This document shows, piece by piece, positions 10,455 to 17,988 of a stretch of DNA of 64,000 nt. The number at the start of each line of letters is the position of its first letter. Position 1 is the first letter of the stretch. The translations under genes and the position numbers were made by a program. Under the pieces are notes generated by a model, which was given only the letters and a program-made list of their open reading frames with translations, was not told where the DNA came from and did not search any database. Source of the stretch: a virus (Duplodnaviria > Heunggongvirae > Uroviricota > Caudoviricetes); the IMG/VR virus record IMGVR_UViG_3300035698_025354. One strand, 5' to 3'.

Positions 10455-11139
10455 TATTTAAAATTCTATAAATTCCCTCTGGTTGTTTATTAAATTCATT
10501 TATAATTGTTTTAGCTTGCATTAAGCTGACAGCAAATTTATTTGTGTCTTCACAAGCAGCTATTGTTTTAATGTCGTTTATATTTCCGCACACTTTAATC
10601 GGTATGCCTATAATATCAAGAATTTTTTTGGTTGTTTCGTTATGGATCTTTGGATTCGCCTTACTAACTTGTGTTTTTAAGTTAATGCCGCATCTTAGCA
10701 TTGTGGGTAATGGCATTTTCGTCAGCCCCTTTACAATACTTTCAACATCTGGGTTATCTTGCGTGTTTATCACAAATCTTATTTCCACAATACTTGATAT
10801 ATGTGTCTTGATAAAATTTGTGATAGTTTGAGCCTCTTTACGAGTCTCTATTTCACCATTTTTGGATGATAACATTATTTCGAAACCATCGGCTTCTAAA
10901 GAGTCGATGTTTAATCCTCTGAATTTTTGATCTGGTCCAAAATTTTCACCTTTTGGCCAGTCGATTGGTGTAATGATATTAAATCTACCACCGATCGATC
11001 CACGGATAATATGAGCATCGCTTGCTAATGTTGGGTGAACTATCAGAGACGGGATTGAGTGTTTATATGCTAATTCTGCGGCTTCATAGATTTCGCTTTT
11101 TTGCATAACATCGATTTCAAGCCTGTTTATTATACTCAC
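10426..11139 (-). CDS. DeoC/DERA-like TIM barrel with the Schiff-base lysine position occupied by Arg
   Basis: Colinear DERA motifs: LIVHP (vcv.P), TPIDWPKG (TVigFPlG), EADGFEIM (GAdEiDmV), IRFVINT (lKVIiET), MLRCG (FiKTS), IKVCGNI (vKasGGI), KFAVS (RiGtS). Confidence 0.65.
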   Translation of the reverse strand: MSIINRLEIDVMQKSEIYEAAELAYKHSIPSLIVHPTLASDAHIIRGSIGGRFNIITPIDWPKGENFGPDQKFRGLNIDSLEADGFEIMLSSKNGEIETRKEAQTITNFIKTHISSIVEIRFVINTQDNPDVESIVKGLTKMPLPTMLRCGINLKTQVSKANPKIHNETTKKILDIIGIPIKVCGNINDIKTIAACEDTNKFAVSLMQAKTIINEFNKQPEGIYRILNSGDNSEKDM

Positions 11140-11524
11140 GATTTATTCCCATCTTTTTTAATGCAAAATTAATTGCTTTTTCTTCATCGATAAATCTGTT
11201 TACACAATCAAGATAATAAAATGTTTTCTTTTCAATCTCTTGATTGGTATCAGACAAAATAATAATTGTTTTACCAAGTGCTGTGCCAGCACCTAATTCG
11301 AAATGGGCTCCAGATCTACCTGGTTGCACGAAAAATAGGATATTTGATTCTAAAACTCCATGGTACTCGTCTTTAGCATATTTACTCAGTTCTTCTTCTG
11401 AGAATACTTGTCCATGTGTTGTCCAATCGTGTGTGATCTCAGCACCATAATTTCTAAAGATACTCATGATATGTGCGGCACGTTCTTTATTAAGCAGGCT
11501 TGATGCAACATATATCTTATTCAT
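11117..11524 (-). CDS. Nucleoside 2-deoxyribosyltransferase-fold protein, probably a dNMP N-glycosidase (DNPH1/Rcl/MilB-like)
   Basis: KIYVASS; E..GV..SNILFFV; PGRSGAHFELG..ALGKTII. It has the catalytic Glu and a Ser where transferases have Asp. Confidence 0.8.
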   Translation of the reverse strand: MNKIYVASSLLNKERAAHIMSIFRNYGAEITHDWTTHGQVFSEEELSKYAKDEYHGVLESNILFFVQPGRSGAHFELGAGTALGKTIIILSDTNQEIEKKTFYYLDCVNRFIDEEKAINFALKKMGINREYNKQA

Positions 11525-11595
11525 TTTGACTCATTTGATAAATTTTTATTTGATTTTGTGTTATTAAAATACAAATGCCATATTTGTGTTGTTAT

Positions 11596-12573
11596 TTATA
11601 ATTTTTGTGCATGGTCACGTATATGATCAACCGCTTTTTTATGACTCATTGAATTAAATGAATTCACAAATTCCCACGGATTATATTCAGTACAAAACGT
11701 AAATTTTTTACATTCCTCTTTGGTCATTGCTTTTATTGCGAAATCATATGATTCCGACTCTTTTTTGAACCGTTGTGCTCTAATTTTTGGCTCAACGTCT
11801 GGGTTGACTCCATAAAAGTGCAATTTTCCGTTTAATCCTTCTGGGTTCATATCACATCCAAATATATAAATATGATCAAACCCCATCCATAAAGCTATCT
11901 GCATTGATGCAAATACTGTGGATCTTCCAATATATAATCCTTTTGTCATATTTTTACTAAACCCGGTTCCCCCAAGATATTTGAATTGTATGGAACTGGA
12001 TTTTTGTTTTCTTATGGCTGTGCTATTAAACAGTGTGCCTTCATATCCCTGCCAAAGATCTTCATTTCTTTTATATTGTGATAAATCAAAAAACGACCAA
12101 TATGTTGTCGGCCATAATCTTAAATCTGGTTTATTTATTGACAATGTGTCGATTTTATTTACATGTTTTAGTTTTTCTAACGGTGCTTCAGATATTGATG
12201 GTCCATTGCCTATTATAACTAATATTCGGCCTTGACTTTGCCTGTGGATACCTTGGATTTTTGCGAGAGATTCGCTAGATATTTCTTTTGATATGTACTT
12301 TACTCGTGGGATGTGTTGTTTTCTTTGCAGCCCTCTTACTGGTTGATTTTTGGTCGATTGTTGTTTTACTTTTGGGACTGATTGTTGAATGACTTTTTGT
12401 GGTCGTACGGCGTTATTTGTCTTTACCGTTTTTTGTTGACTTTGTTGATAATCTATTGATTTTGCAGCAGATGGTTTTACCATTATATTAATGGTTTTTG
12501 GCACATTTATTATTTTATTGGTTTTGTGTATTTGTGGCTTTAATCTTGATTGAATAACCGTTTGTTTGTGCAT
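11596..12573 (-). CDS. DUF115/MptE-like (Maf-type glycosyltransferase fold) protein with a K/Q-rich disordered N-terminus
   Basis: ILVIIGNGPSI, TLSINK, STVFASMQIALWMGFDHIYIFGCD. Confidence 0.75.
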   Translation of the reverse strand: MHKQTVIQSRLKPQIHKTNKIINVPKTINIMVKPSAAKSIDYQQSQQKTVKTNNAVRPQKVIQQSVPKVKQQSTKNQPVRGLQRKQHIPRVKYISKEISSESLAKIQGIHRQSQGRILVIIGNGPSISEAPLEKLKHVNKIDTLSINKPDLRLWPTTYWSFFDLSQYKRNEDLWQGYEGTLFNSTAIRKQKSSSIQFKYLGGTGFSKNMTKGLYIGRSTVFASMQIALWMGFDHIYIFGCDMNPEGLNGKLHFYGVNPDVEPKIRAQRFKKESESYDFAIKAMTKEECKKFTFCTEYNPWEFVNSFNSMSHKKAVDHIRDHAQKL

Positions 12574-12782
12574 TGGCGTTTCCGTTGAAGTTGTGATAAA
12601 AGATCACCTAATAATGCAGATAATTTACTATTTTCTTTTTTAGATTTCATAAATAACCTTATTTTAGATTCGCCTTCAACTTCTTCATCTGGATCTACAT
12701 ATATAACCAATGATTCCTGATGTTTATCAAATAATTGTTGTACGAGATCGTCCTTGCTCTCATTCTGTTGTACGGCACGCAT
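12540..12782 (-). CDS. Hypothetical protein
   Basis: 80-aa ORF with upstream GGGG/AAAGG RBS-like sequence. Confidence 0.6.
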   Translation of the reverse strand: MRAVQQNESKDDLVQQLFDKHQESLVIYVDPDEEVEGESKIRLFMKSKKENSKLSALLGDLLSQLQRKRQCTNKRLFNQD

Positions 12783-12889
12783 AACGAAACCCCCTTTCAG
12801 AGTGATAAAGACACTAATTTAATACGTAAAAATGTCTTTTTTGTTTCATTATGCCATTTTAGATGTATTTGAATATTGACAACAAAATT

Positions 12890-13720
12890 CTAATTTGCTT
12901 TAATGGAATTTTGTTGTTTTGAAGACATTCCAGCTCGGAAACTTCTAATATTACTCGGCAAGGTCCCGGCAGCCATGGCTACTTGCAATTTTTTAAGCCC
13001 CTCTCTTGTTGTTTTCTTTTTATTTTGGATGCTATACATGCATCGAAATATAGTAGTCGTTAACAAATTAAAAACAGGTGCTTTACCTGGGATATACACA
13101 AGTTTACGGTTACTTAATTTCTTTACCACTTCCAATAAGGCAGCCTGCGATAATTCCATATGTTCTTCTTCTGATGGCGGCTTAAATTTAGTAGCAATAC
13201 CCTGGCACATATTACTAATATCTTCAAGCATAGCGTGCCAAGTAACATGCGTCGGTAATTCTTGCTCAAATCCCTTTTCTTTCAAACGCGGAATTATGCT
13301 AGTTGGTACTTGTAATGGATTATCAAGGTCATGTAACCACGAATCTGATTCCAAATTTAATTCTTTTCTAACAAAATCAAGTTCTATCTTTTGCGGACGT
13401 CCTTTTCTAAACACCATACCTATTTGTTGTGCTTTTCCGACTGTCGATATAGTACCGTCAATATCTTTTGTAACATCAGTGCTTAAAAACTGAACTGGGA
13501 TTGGTAGGGCCACACAATGAATTCTCTTATGATAACATGGGTTGACAAAATCTTTATTATGTTTTGTTATAGTGTTCCCATGTTCATCTTTGACTTTCCC
13601 AACTATTTTTGTCCAAAGGAGCCCCATTTGTCTAAAATCCTCCAACTCTGGTGTTCTGGATGCTATAAGCCATCCAAACCAATTTTTTTCTAAAACTTTG
13701 GAATCGCAATATTGACTCAT
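12890..13720 (-). CDS. T4 gp55-like late-transcription sigma factor with an internal insertion
   Basis: N-terminal 'YCDSKVLEKNW..W'; later 'ISNMCQGIATKF...EHMELSQAALLEVVKK...IPGKAPVFNLLTTTIFRC' follows the gp55 region-2 pattern. Confidence 0.6.
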   Translation of the reverse strand: MSQYCDSKVLEKNWFGWLIASRTPELEDFRQMGLLWTKIVGKVKDEHGNTITKHNKDFVNPCYHKRIHCVALPIPVQFLSTDVTKDIDGTISTVGKAQQIGMVFRKGRPQKIELDFVRKELNLESDSWLHDLDNPLQVPTSIIPRLKEKGFEQELPTHVTWHAMLEDISNMCQGIATKFKPPSEEEHMELSQAALLEVVKKLSNRKLVYIPGKAPVFNLLTTTIFRCMYSIQNKKKTTREGLKKLQVAMAAGTLPSNIRSFRAGMSSKQQNSIKAN

Positions 13721-13850
13721 AGCATTTTCTCCGCAACATGTAGAAAGGAATTATCACAAACTTATCGAATACTATTGCATTATCTCAAAATAATTAAAAG
13801 CATTTCGTAAAAAACAACGTTTCAAGGAAGCTAAGAGAAAGGATTTTAAA

Positions 13851-15155
13851 ATGGCAATCATTCGTCAAATGCCTGGGATTTATTTAAGGGGCAGTTTAGC
13901 AAATGTGACGATGAAGGAACTAACACAAGATCAAATTGACTTTTGTAACAGAGTTACAAAACAAATAGCAAGTTCGCCAGGAATGGCAAAACACCGTTTC
14001 AAAATGACACAAGTCTTAGGAGAAACAATAGGTGCCGACTATAAAATAAGGACAGATGCTGAACAAGAATATTATATTGCAATCTGGCGTGGGGTAGTCA
14101 ATTTATTCTTCCACAGATATTACACTTTCAAATGTGAAGCATGTAATGGAACACACAGAATAGCAAAAACGACTGGCTTACCGGTCGCAATCAATCAAAT
14201 TAAAACACCATGCCCAGCCTGTAACCAATGTAAAGTCACAGATCCGGGTGATACAGATTTTGAAGAAGAACAATTTGTTGATTATGAAGAATTTCAAAAT
14301 TCATATAAAGACTTTACAACCGGAATCCCAGAATGTGGTAGTACAATTAAAGCAATCAAAGGAGAAAAAAGGTATAAAAACCCCCAAGAAATTTTAGACG
14401 ACAGTGAACAAATGACCAAATTTTTCGGAGAATTTGTTTGGGGGTACTTTAAGCAGCAATTAAGAGAAAATCACAGAACCGAACACAACAAAAAACCGGT
14501 TTTAATTTCAGGAAGAGCAGACCAGATAATTACAGAAATGATATTGTCTGCCTGTAAAAAATTAAAAATTAACACTATTTTTTGTAAAGAATTACAACCA
14601 GAAAATGAATGGTGGACAATAGGATTATATGGGGTTCATACACCACCTGAATTTACTGGAGAATTGATCCCAATTTTAGATAAATCTAAAGAATTGGGCG
14701 TAAAAATTGTTATTAAACAAACGTGCATTCAAATCCAAGAAGTCAAATCCGCTGATATCATTGAGGCGTTTGTTATTAAACCAGAACATGTATCAGTTCT
14801 TGAAAATAACACAAGTATTTCTGACAAGGATGAAGGATTTACAATCGACCAAATGTCATTTAAAACAGTCAAAGGTGAAAAAATGGATCTTGAAGACCAC
14901 GTAAGAACAATCGAATTGCGAGATACTATGGAAGAAGTTTTTGATTCACTCCCAGATGGAAATTGTAGGTTAATATTTCAACTCTACACACAAAATGGTG
15001 AAATCTATGACAGATTTCACCAAGAATATAAATCACCGGGCGAACCAAAACAAGGACATATGGCAAAATTTTTAGGAATAACCCCAAGAGTAGTAAAAGG
15101 ACATATCGCACACATCAAGCACACATGTCTGGCAAACGGGCTCACGCCAAATTAA
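13851..15155 (+). CDS. Sigma-70-family factor with a Cys4 Zn-ribbon inserted in region 2
   Basis: DAEQEYYIAIWRGV (region 2.2), CEAC...CPAC insert, FFGEFVWGYFKQQLRE (region 2.4), VFDSLPD..RLIFQLY...MAKFLGITPRVVKGHI (region 4 HTH). Confidence 0.65.
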   Translation: MAIIRQMPGIYLRGSLANVTMKELTQDQIDFCNRVTKQIASSPGMAKHRFKMTQVLGETIGADYKIRTDAEQEYYIAIWRGVVNLFFHRYYTFKCEACNGTHRIAKTTGLPVAINQIKTPCPACNQCKVTDPGDTDFEEEQFVDYEEFQNSYKDFTTGIPECGSTIKAIKGEKRYKNPQEILDDSEQMTKFFGEFVWGYFKQQLRENHRTEHNKKPVLISGRADQIITEMILSACKKLKINTIFCKELQPENEWWTIGLYGVHTPPEFTGELIPILDKSKELGVKIVIKQTCIQIQEVKSADIIEAFVIKPEHVSVLENNTSISDKDEGFTIDQMSFKTVKGEKMDLEDHVRTIELRDTMEEVFDSLPDGNCRLIFQLYTQNGEIYDRFHQEYKSPGEPKQGHMAKFLGITPRVVKGHIAHIKHTCLANGLTPN

Positions 15156-15198
15156 AATCTAATAGATCCCTAAGCAGGTCGGGCAAGAACCCACATTT

Positions 15199-15741
15199 TT
15201 AAGTTCCATAAGAATTTCTAGTGTAAAACTGATTAGAAGAACCAGCCATGGAATTATTAGGGATACCAACTCCTTGACTTAACCTCGGAGCCAAATCAAT
15301 ATAACCACTTTTACTATTCCCAAGAATTCTTGTTATAAAAGTGATAATTCTTCTAGGAGTGGCCTGTTTTCTAACAGACGTTGGAACACCATTAGGTGGA
15401 AGAATCATGCCACTATGGATCTGCCTAGCAAGATCTTGCATATTATTATGAGATGTTTCACCAAGGTACATTCTTTGTTTACCCAGCACAAACATATTCC
15501 ACCCAATCTTAACCTTACCATTTATACTATCAACTTCTTCAGCATATGGCACTACTTCAATCTTATCAGATAAAACCGGTATAACCAAAGGTAGATCTTG
15601 AACTAAGCATGGATACAGATGTTTATCAAAGCTTTCATTAAATCCCTTGTCATAAAAGTATTTAATCAGCAACCTTCTAATAACTTCAGTGTTGCTAACA
15701 TGCTTTATAGTGTCGACTGATGTTGAATCCATGGATCTCAC
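15199..15741 (-). CDS. Hypothetical protein
   Basis: 180-aa ORF, no recognised motif. Confidence 0.75.
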   Translation of the reverse strand: MRSMDSTSVDTIKHVSNTEVIRRLLIKYFYDKGFNESFDKHLYPCLVQDLPLVIPVLSDKIEVVPYAEEVDSINGKVKIGWNMFVLGKQRMYLGETSHNNMQDLARQIHSGMILPPNGVPTSVRKQATPRRIITFITRILGNSKSGYIDLAPRLSQGVGIPNNSMAGSSNQFYTRNSYGT

Positions 15742-15791
15742 AACCTGTTAAATTAGAGACAATCGTTTAAGTATCTTTTCTCGCATATTAT

Positions 15792-15817
15792 TATAAATAT
15801 CAATAAGTATTTAAATA
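15792..15817. promoter_or_regulatory. T4-late-type TATAAATA plus palindromic TATTTAAATA in a divergent intergenic region
   Basis: TATAAATA at 15792-15799 and TATTTAAATA at 15808-15817, between divergent genes; a gp55-like sigma is encoded nearby. Confidence 0.35.
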
Positions 15818-15930
15818 ATATGAATATAATCTTCACTTTAAAGAGATAATACTCAACAGCCTTAACAAATTAACTGAAGCAACGATATTTACGTTCAAAA
15901 CAACAATAATGAATATTATTAAGGAAAAAA

Positions 15931-17178
15931 ATGAATAAAGTAATCATACTCGGCGGTGGAACAATCTACGACATAAGAAGCCACTTCGGTCTCATCGCAC
16001 CAGCAATTGGGAAAACAGCGTCCCAATTATACAAAATAGCCAAAGAAATGTTCGACGACATGGAAGTCAACATGAAAACTACAATGGTTGCAGGAGATAT
16101 AGATACTAATGCCAAAACAAAAGAATTTAAAATTCGAACAAACAATGATGTTGAAACATTCATGCAAAGATTAATCGCAGATAAAACAATAAAAATAATA
16201 TTTTTTAATATCGCAATGTGTGATTGGGAAGCGGAAATTGATGGTATAAGTGGACGATATGCGAAAAGATTAAACACACATGATGGAACAAATCCAACAT
16301 TAAAATTAACACCATCAAAAAAAATAATTGACATAATAAAAAAAGATAGAAAAGACATATTTCTTATTGGATTTAAACAAACGGCAGGCTATTCAGAAGA
16401 ACAACAATATTCGAAAGGTTTAAATCTACTAAAACAAGCCTCATGCAACCTCGTTTTAGCAAATGATTCAATAACAAGAAATAATATTATAATTGTCCCG
16501 GAAGAGGCACATTACGGCAGCACAAATAACAGAAACGACGCACTCGTTGAATTATGCGAAATAACGAAATCGCGATCAAAATTGCATTTCACACCAACAA
16601 ATGTAATCGATGGGCAAATTATTAGATGGTTAGAACCTATTATCCCTGGCTCATTCAGAAAAGTTGTTGATTATTGTATATCACATAGTGCCTATAAACC
16701 TTTTAGAAACATTACTACCGGCCACTTTGCATTTAAAATTGATGATCATAGATCATTATCATCAATAAGAAAATCAAATTATAAAAACATATATGAATCT
16801 GGGATGGTTCTTGTTGTAGAGGAAGAAGACTCAGTGACCGCTCACGGTGCAAAGCCTTCAGCTGGTAGTAAATCGCAGAGAGCTATGTTCCGTGCACATC
16901 AAGAATATGATTGTGTCATTCATTTCCATTGCCCACTAAAAGAAAATCCAAAAGATAATATCCCAATTGCATCTCAAAGAGAATTTGAATGTGGATCACA
17001 TGAGTGTGCGATGAACACTAGTGATAATATGCGAGAATTTGGTAATATTAAGGCAGTCTATCTATCGGAGCATGGACCTAACATATTATTTAATAGAAAC
17101 ACAGACCCAGACGAAATAATCGAGTTTATTGAGGCCAATTTTGATCTTAATAAAAAAACGGGTGGGATAATTGAATAA
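15931..17178 (+). CDS. Fusion of a CoaB-like (phosphopantothenate-cysteine ligase/DFP) domain and a class II aldolase/adducin-like domain
   Basis: N-terminal: VIILGGGT..DIR, G.T...L, NIAMCDW, LKLTP..KII, LIGFK, CNLVLAND. C-terminal: GHFAF, KPS, CVIHFH, CGSHE, VYLSEHG. Confidence 0.75.
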   Translation: MNKVIILGGGTIYDIRSHFGLIAPAIGKTASQLYKIAKEMFDDMEVNMKTTMVAGDIDTNAKTKEFKIRTNNDVETFMQRLIADKTIKIIFFNIAMCDWEAEIDGISGRYAKRLNTHDGTNPTLKLTPSKKIIDIIKKDRKDIFLIGFKQTAGYSEEQQYSKGLNLLKQASCNLVLANDSITRNNIIIVPEEAHYGSTNNRNDALVELCEITKSRSKLHFTPTNVIDGQIIRWLEPIIPGSFRKVVDYCISHSAYKPFRNITTGHFAFKIDDHRSLSSIRKSNYKNIYESGMVLVVEEEDSVTAHGAKPSAGSKSQRAMFRAHQEYDCVIHFHCPLKENPKDNIPIASQREFECGSHECAMNTSDNMREFGNIKAVYLSEHGPNILFNRNTDPDEIIEFIEANFDLNKKTGGIIE

Positions 17179-17548
17179 AAAAGATGCTTATGACCCACTT
17201 GAAGCACGTCATAACATTATTAAATCTCTTGCCTTTAAATTAAACATGAGCTGCAATTATACTATAGGTATGTGGTTTCCACCACCATCCCAATCTAAGT
17301 TTCATACAGCACCATTGCGTATTGCTGCTTTTATTGATGAATATGAAATAGCTTATGAATTAAATAATCAATCAATAACAATCCTTATGACCATAAAAAA
17401 TGAAAGTATATTTATAATATCCGGGCATCAACAAATTGACACTATTACAAATAGAAGCCACATCTTCGATATTACTAATCCAAATATGCTAAATTATATT
17501 AAGCGATTTTTAGAAAATCTCAATATTACACTTAACACATCTATTTAG
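17171..17548 (+). CDS. Hypothetical protein
   Basis: 125-aa ORF overlapping the upstream gene by 8 bp. Confidence 0.65.
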   Translation: MNKKDAYDPLEARHNIIKSLAFKLNMSCNYTIGMWFPPPSQSKFHTAPLRIAAFIDEYEIAYELNNQSITILMTIKNESIFIISGHQQIDTITNRSHIFDITNPNMLNYIKRFLENLNITLNTSI

Positions 17549-17705
17549 TAAGTCCTTGTTCTACCATCACTTCATGCATTGCCTGAAGCATTTCTTTTGA
17601 ATGTGGGTAAACATTATAAGTTGGCTTGGATTTCTTGGATTTCTTGGATTTCTTGGATTTCTTGGATTTCTTGGATTTCTTGGATTTCTTGGATTTCTTG
17701 GTCAT
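17541..17705 (-). CDS. 54-aa basic microprotein MT(KKS)8KPTYNVYPHSKEMLQAMHEVMVEQGLTK
   Basis: Below the track cutoff; its ATG overlaps the TGA of the upstream gene (ATGA coupling); TAG stop at 17541-17543. Confidence 0.7.
   Translation of the reverse strand: MTKKSKKSKKSKKSKKSKKSKKSKKSKPTYNVYPHSKEMLQAMHEVMVEQGLTK
17626..17701. repeat. Perfect 9-bp tandem repeat (TTGGATTTC)x8
   Basis: Read directly; encodes the KKS repeats on the minus strand. Confidence 0.97.
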
Positions 17706-17944
17706 TGTTGCATTATCTTACAAATTGGTGGCGTCCATCCAGCTGCTTCTTTGACATCCACGAGTTTACTTTTACCTCTAATTTTATTAGCAACAAATAC
17801 CCTGCTACGACGTTTCCTTTCATCTTCTGTCCAGTTGCTTTGTATTTCTTGGCATAATCTTTTTATTTCTTCTTCAGACGGCATTGAAGTTGGGATAGGC
17901 CCATTATTTTTGCTATACTTATCCTTATTAGTCTTCTGGCTCAT
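17702..17944 (-). CDS. Hypothetical basic protein
   Basis: Track ORF 17702-17956; likely true start is ATG 17944, after a GGAGG RBS. Confidence 0.7.
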   Translation of the reverse strand: MSQKTNKDKYSKNNGPIPTSMPSEEEIKRLCQEIQSNWTEDERKRRSRVFVANKIRGKSKLVDVKEAAGWTPPICKIMQQ

Positions 17945-17988
17945 GTTATCCTCCAATGAAAAAGGGATTACTTTATATTTGTATCATC

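Noticed and set aside
6597-12782. datZ (HD dATPase) or mazZ (MazG-like) next to purZ
   Set aside because: No HD motif set or convincing ExxE/ExxD MazG pattern in the neighbouring ORFs. They may lie outside the window.
17626-17701. CRISPR array
   Set aside because: Contiguous 9-bp units with no spacers; no repeat-spacer array or cas gene was seen anywhere in the window.
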